A stretch of DNA of 5,063 nt, from IMG/VR virus record IMGVR_UViG_2778261276_000004. The stretch is one strand, 5' to 3'. Positions 4,931 through 5,063 of the stretch are shown piece by piece; within the stretch, counting starts at the first letter, position 1; the number at the start of each line of letters is the position of its first letter. The notes beneath the pieces are model-generated. The model saw only the letters and a list, made by a program, of their open reading frames with translations, searched no databases and was not told the DNA's origin. The DNA is from a virus (taxonomy: Duplodnaviria; Heunggongvirae; Uroviricota; Caudoviricetes). A program made the position numbers and the translations under genes.

Positions 4931-5063
4931 TGACCACTTTTACCGACAAAGAACTGATTAAAGAAATTAAAGAGCGTATCAGCAGCTGGATTTGCCCCTA
5001 TATTTCCAGACATCTGTTATCACTTAACCCATTACAAGCCCGCTGCCGCAGATATTCCCGTGG
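4930..5063 (+). CDS. hypothetical protein, N-terminal fragment (continues past window end); YfdT-like by position
   Basis: ATG at 4930 overlaps the TAA stop of the preceding gene (TAATG). GGAG lies 4 nt upstream. The frame is open to the window end (MTTFTDKELIKEIKERISSWICPYISRHLLSLNPLQARCRRYSR...). Confidence 0.5.
   Translation, partial: MTTFTDKELIKEIKERISSWICPYISRHLLSLNPLQARCRRYSR

Overview
This window reads as the immunity/early-regulatory region of a lambdoid (lambda-like) prophage from an enterobacterium. A divergent CI/Cro switch sits at 1958-2882 with an operator-bearing intergenic region. The minus strand carries a tightly coupled early-right operon: cro, a CII-like regulator, a small ORF with an apparent frame problem, an O-like replication initiator with an in-gene iteron array, and the start of a further gene. 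The plus strand carries the early-left side after cI: a second operator/promoter region, two small convergent overlapping ORFs, a GC-rich ORF-free segment with an intrinsic terminator, then an HD-domain phosphohydrolase and two further genes. That last trio matches, from memory only, the yfdR-yfdS-yfdT cluster of the E. coli K-12 CPS-53 prophage. All calls rest on reading the sequence and translations by eye; no searches were run. The best candidates for something undescribed are the convergent small-ORF pair directly downstream of cI and the adjacent structured non-coding segment, which may encode a DicF-like small RNA.
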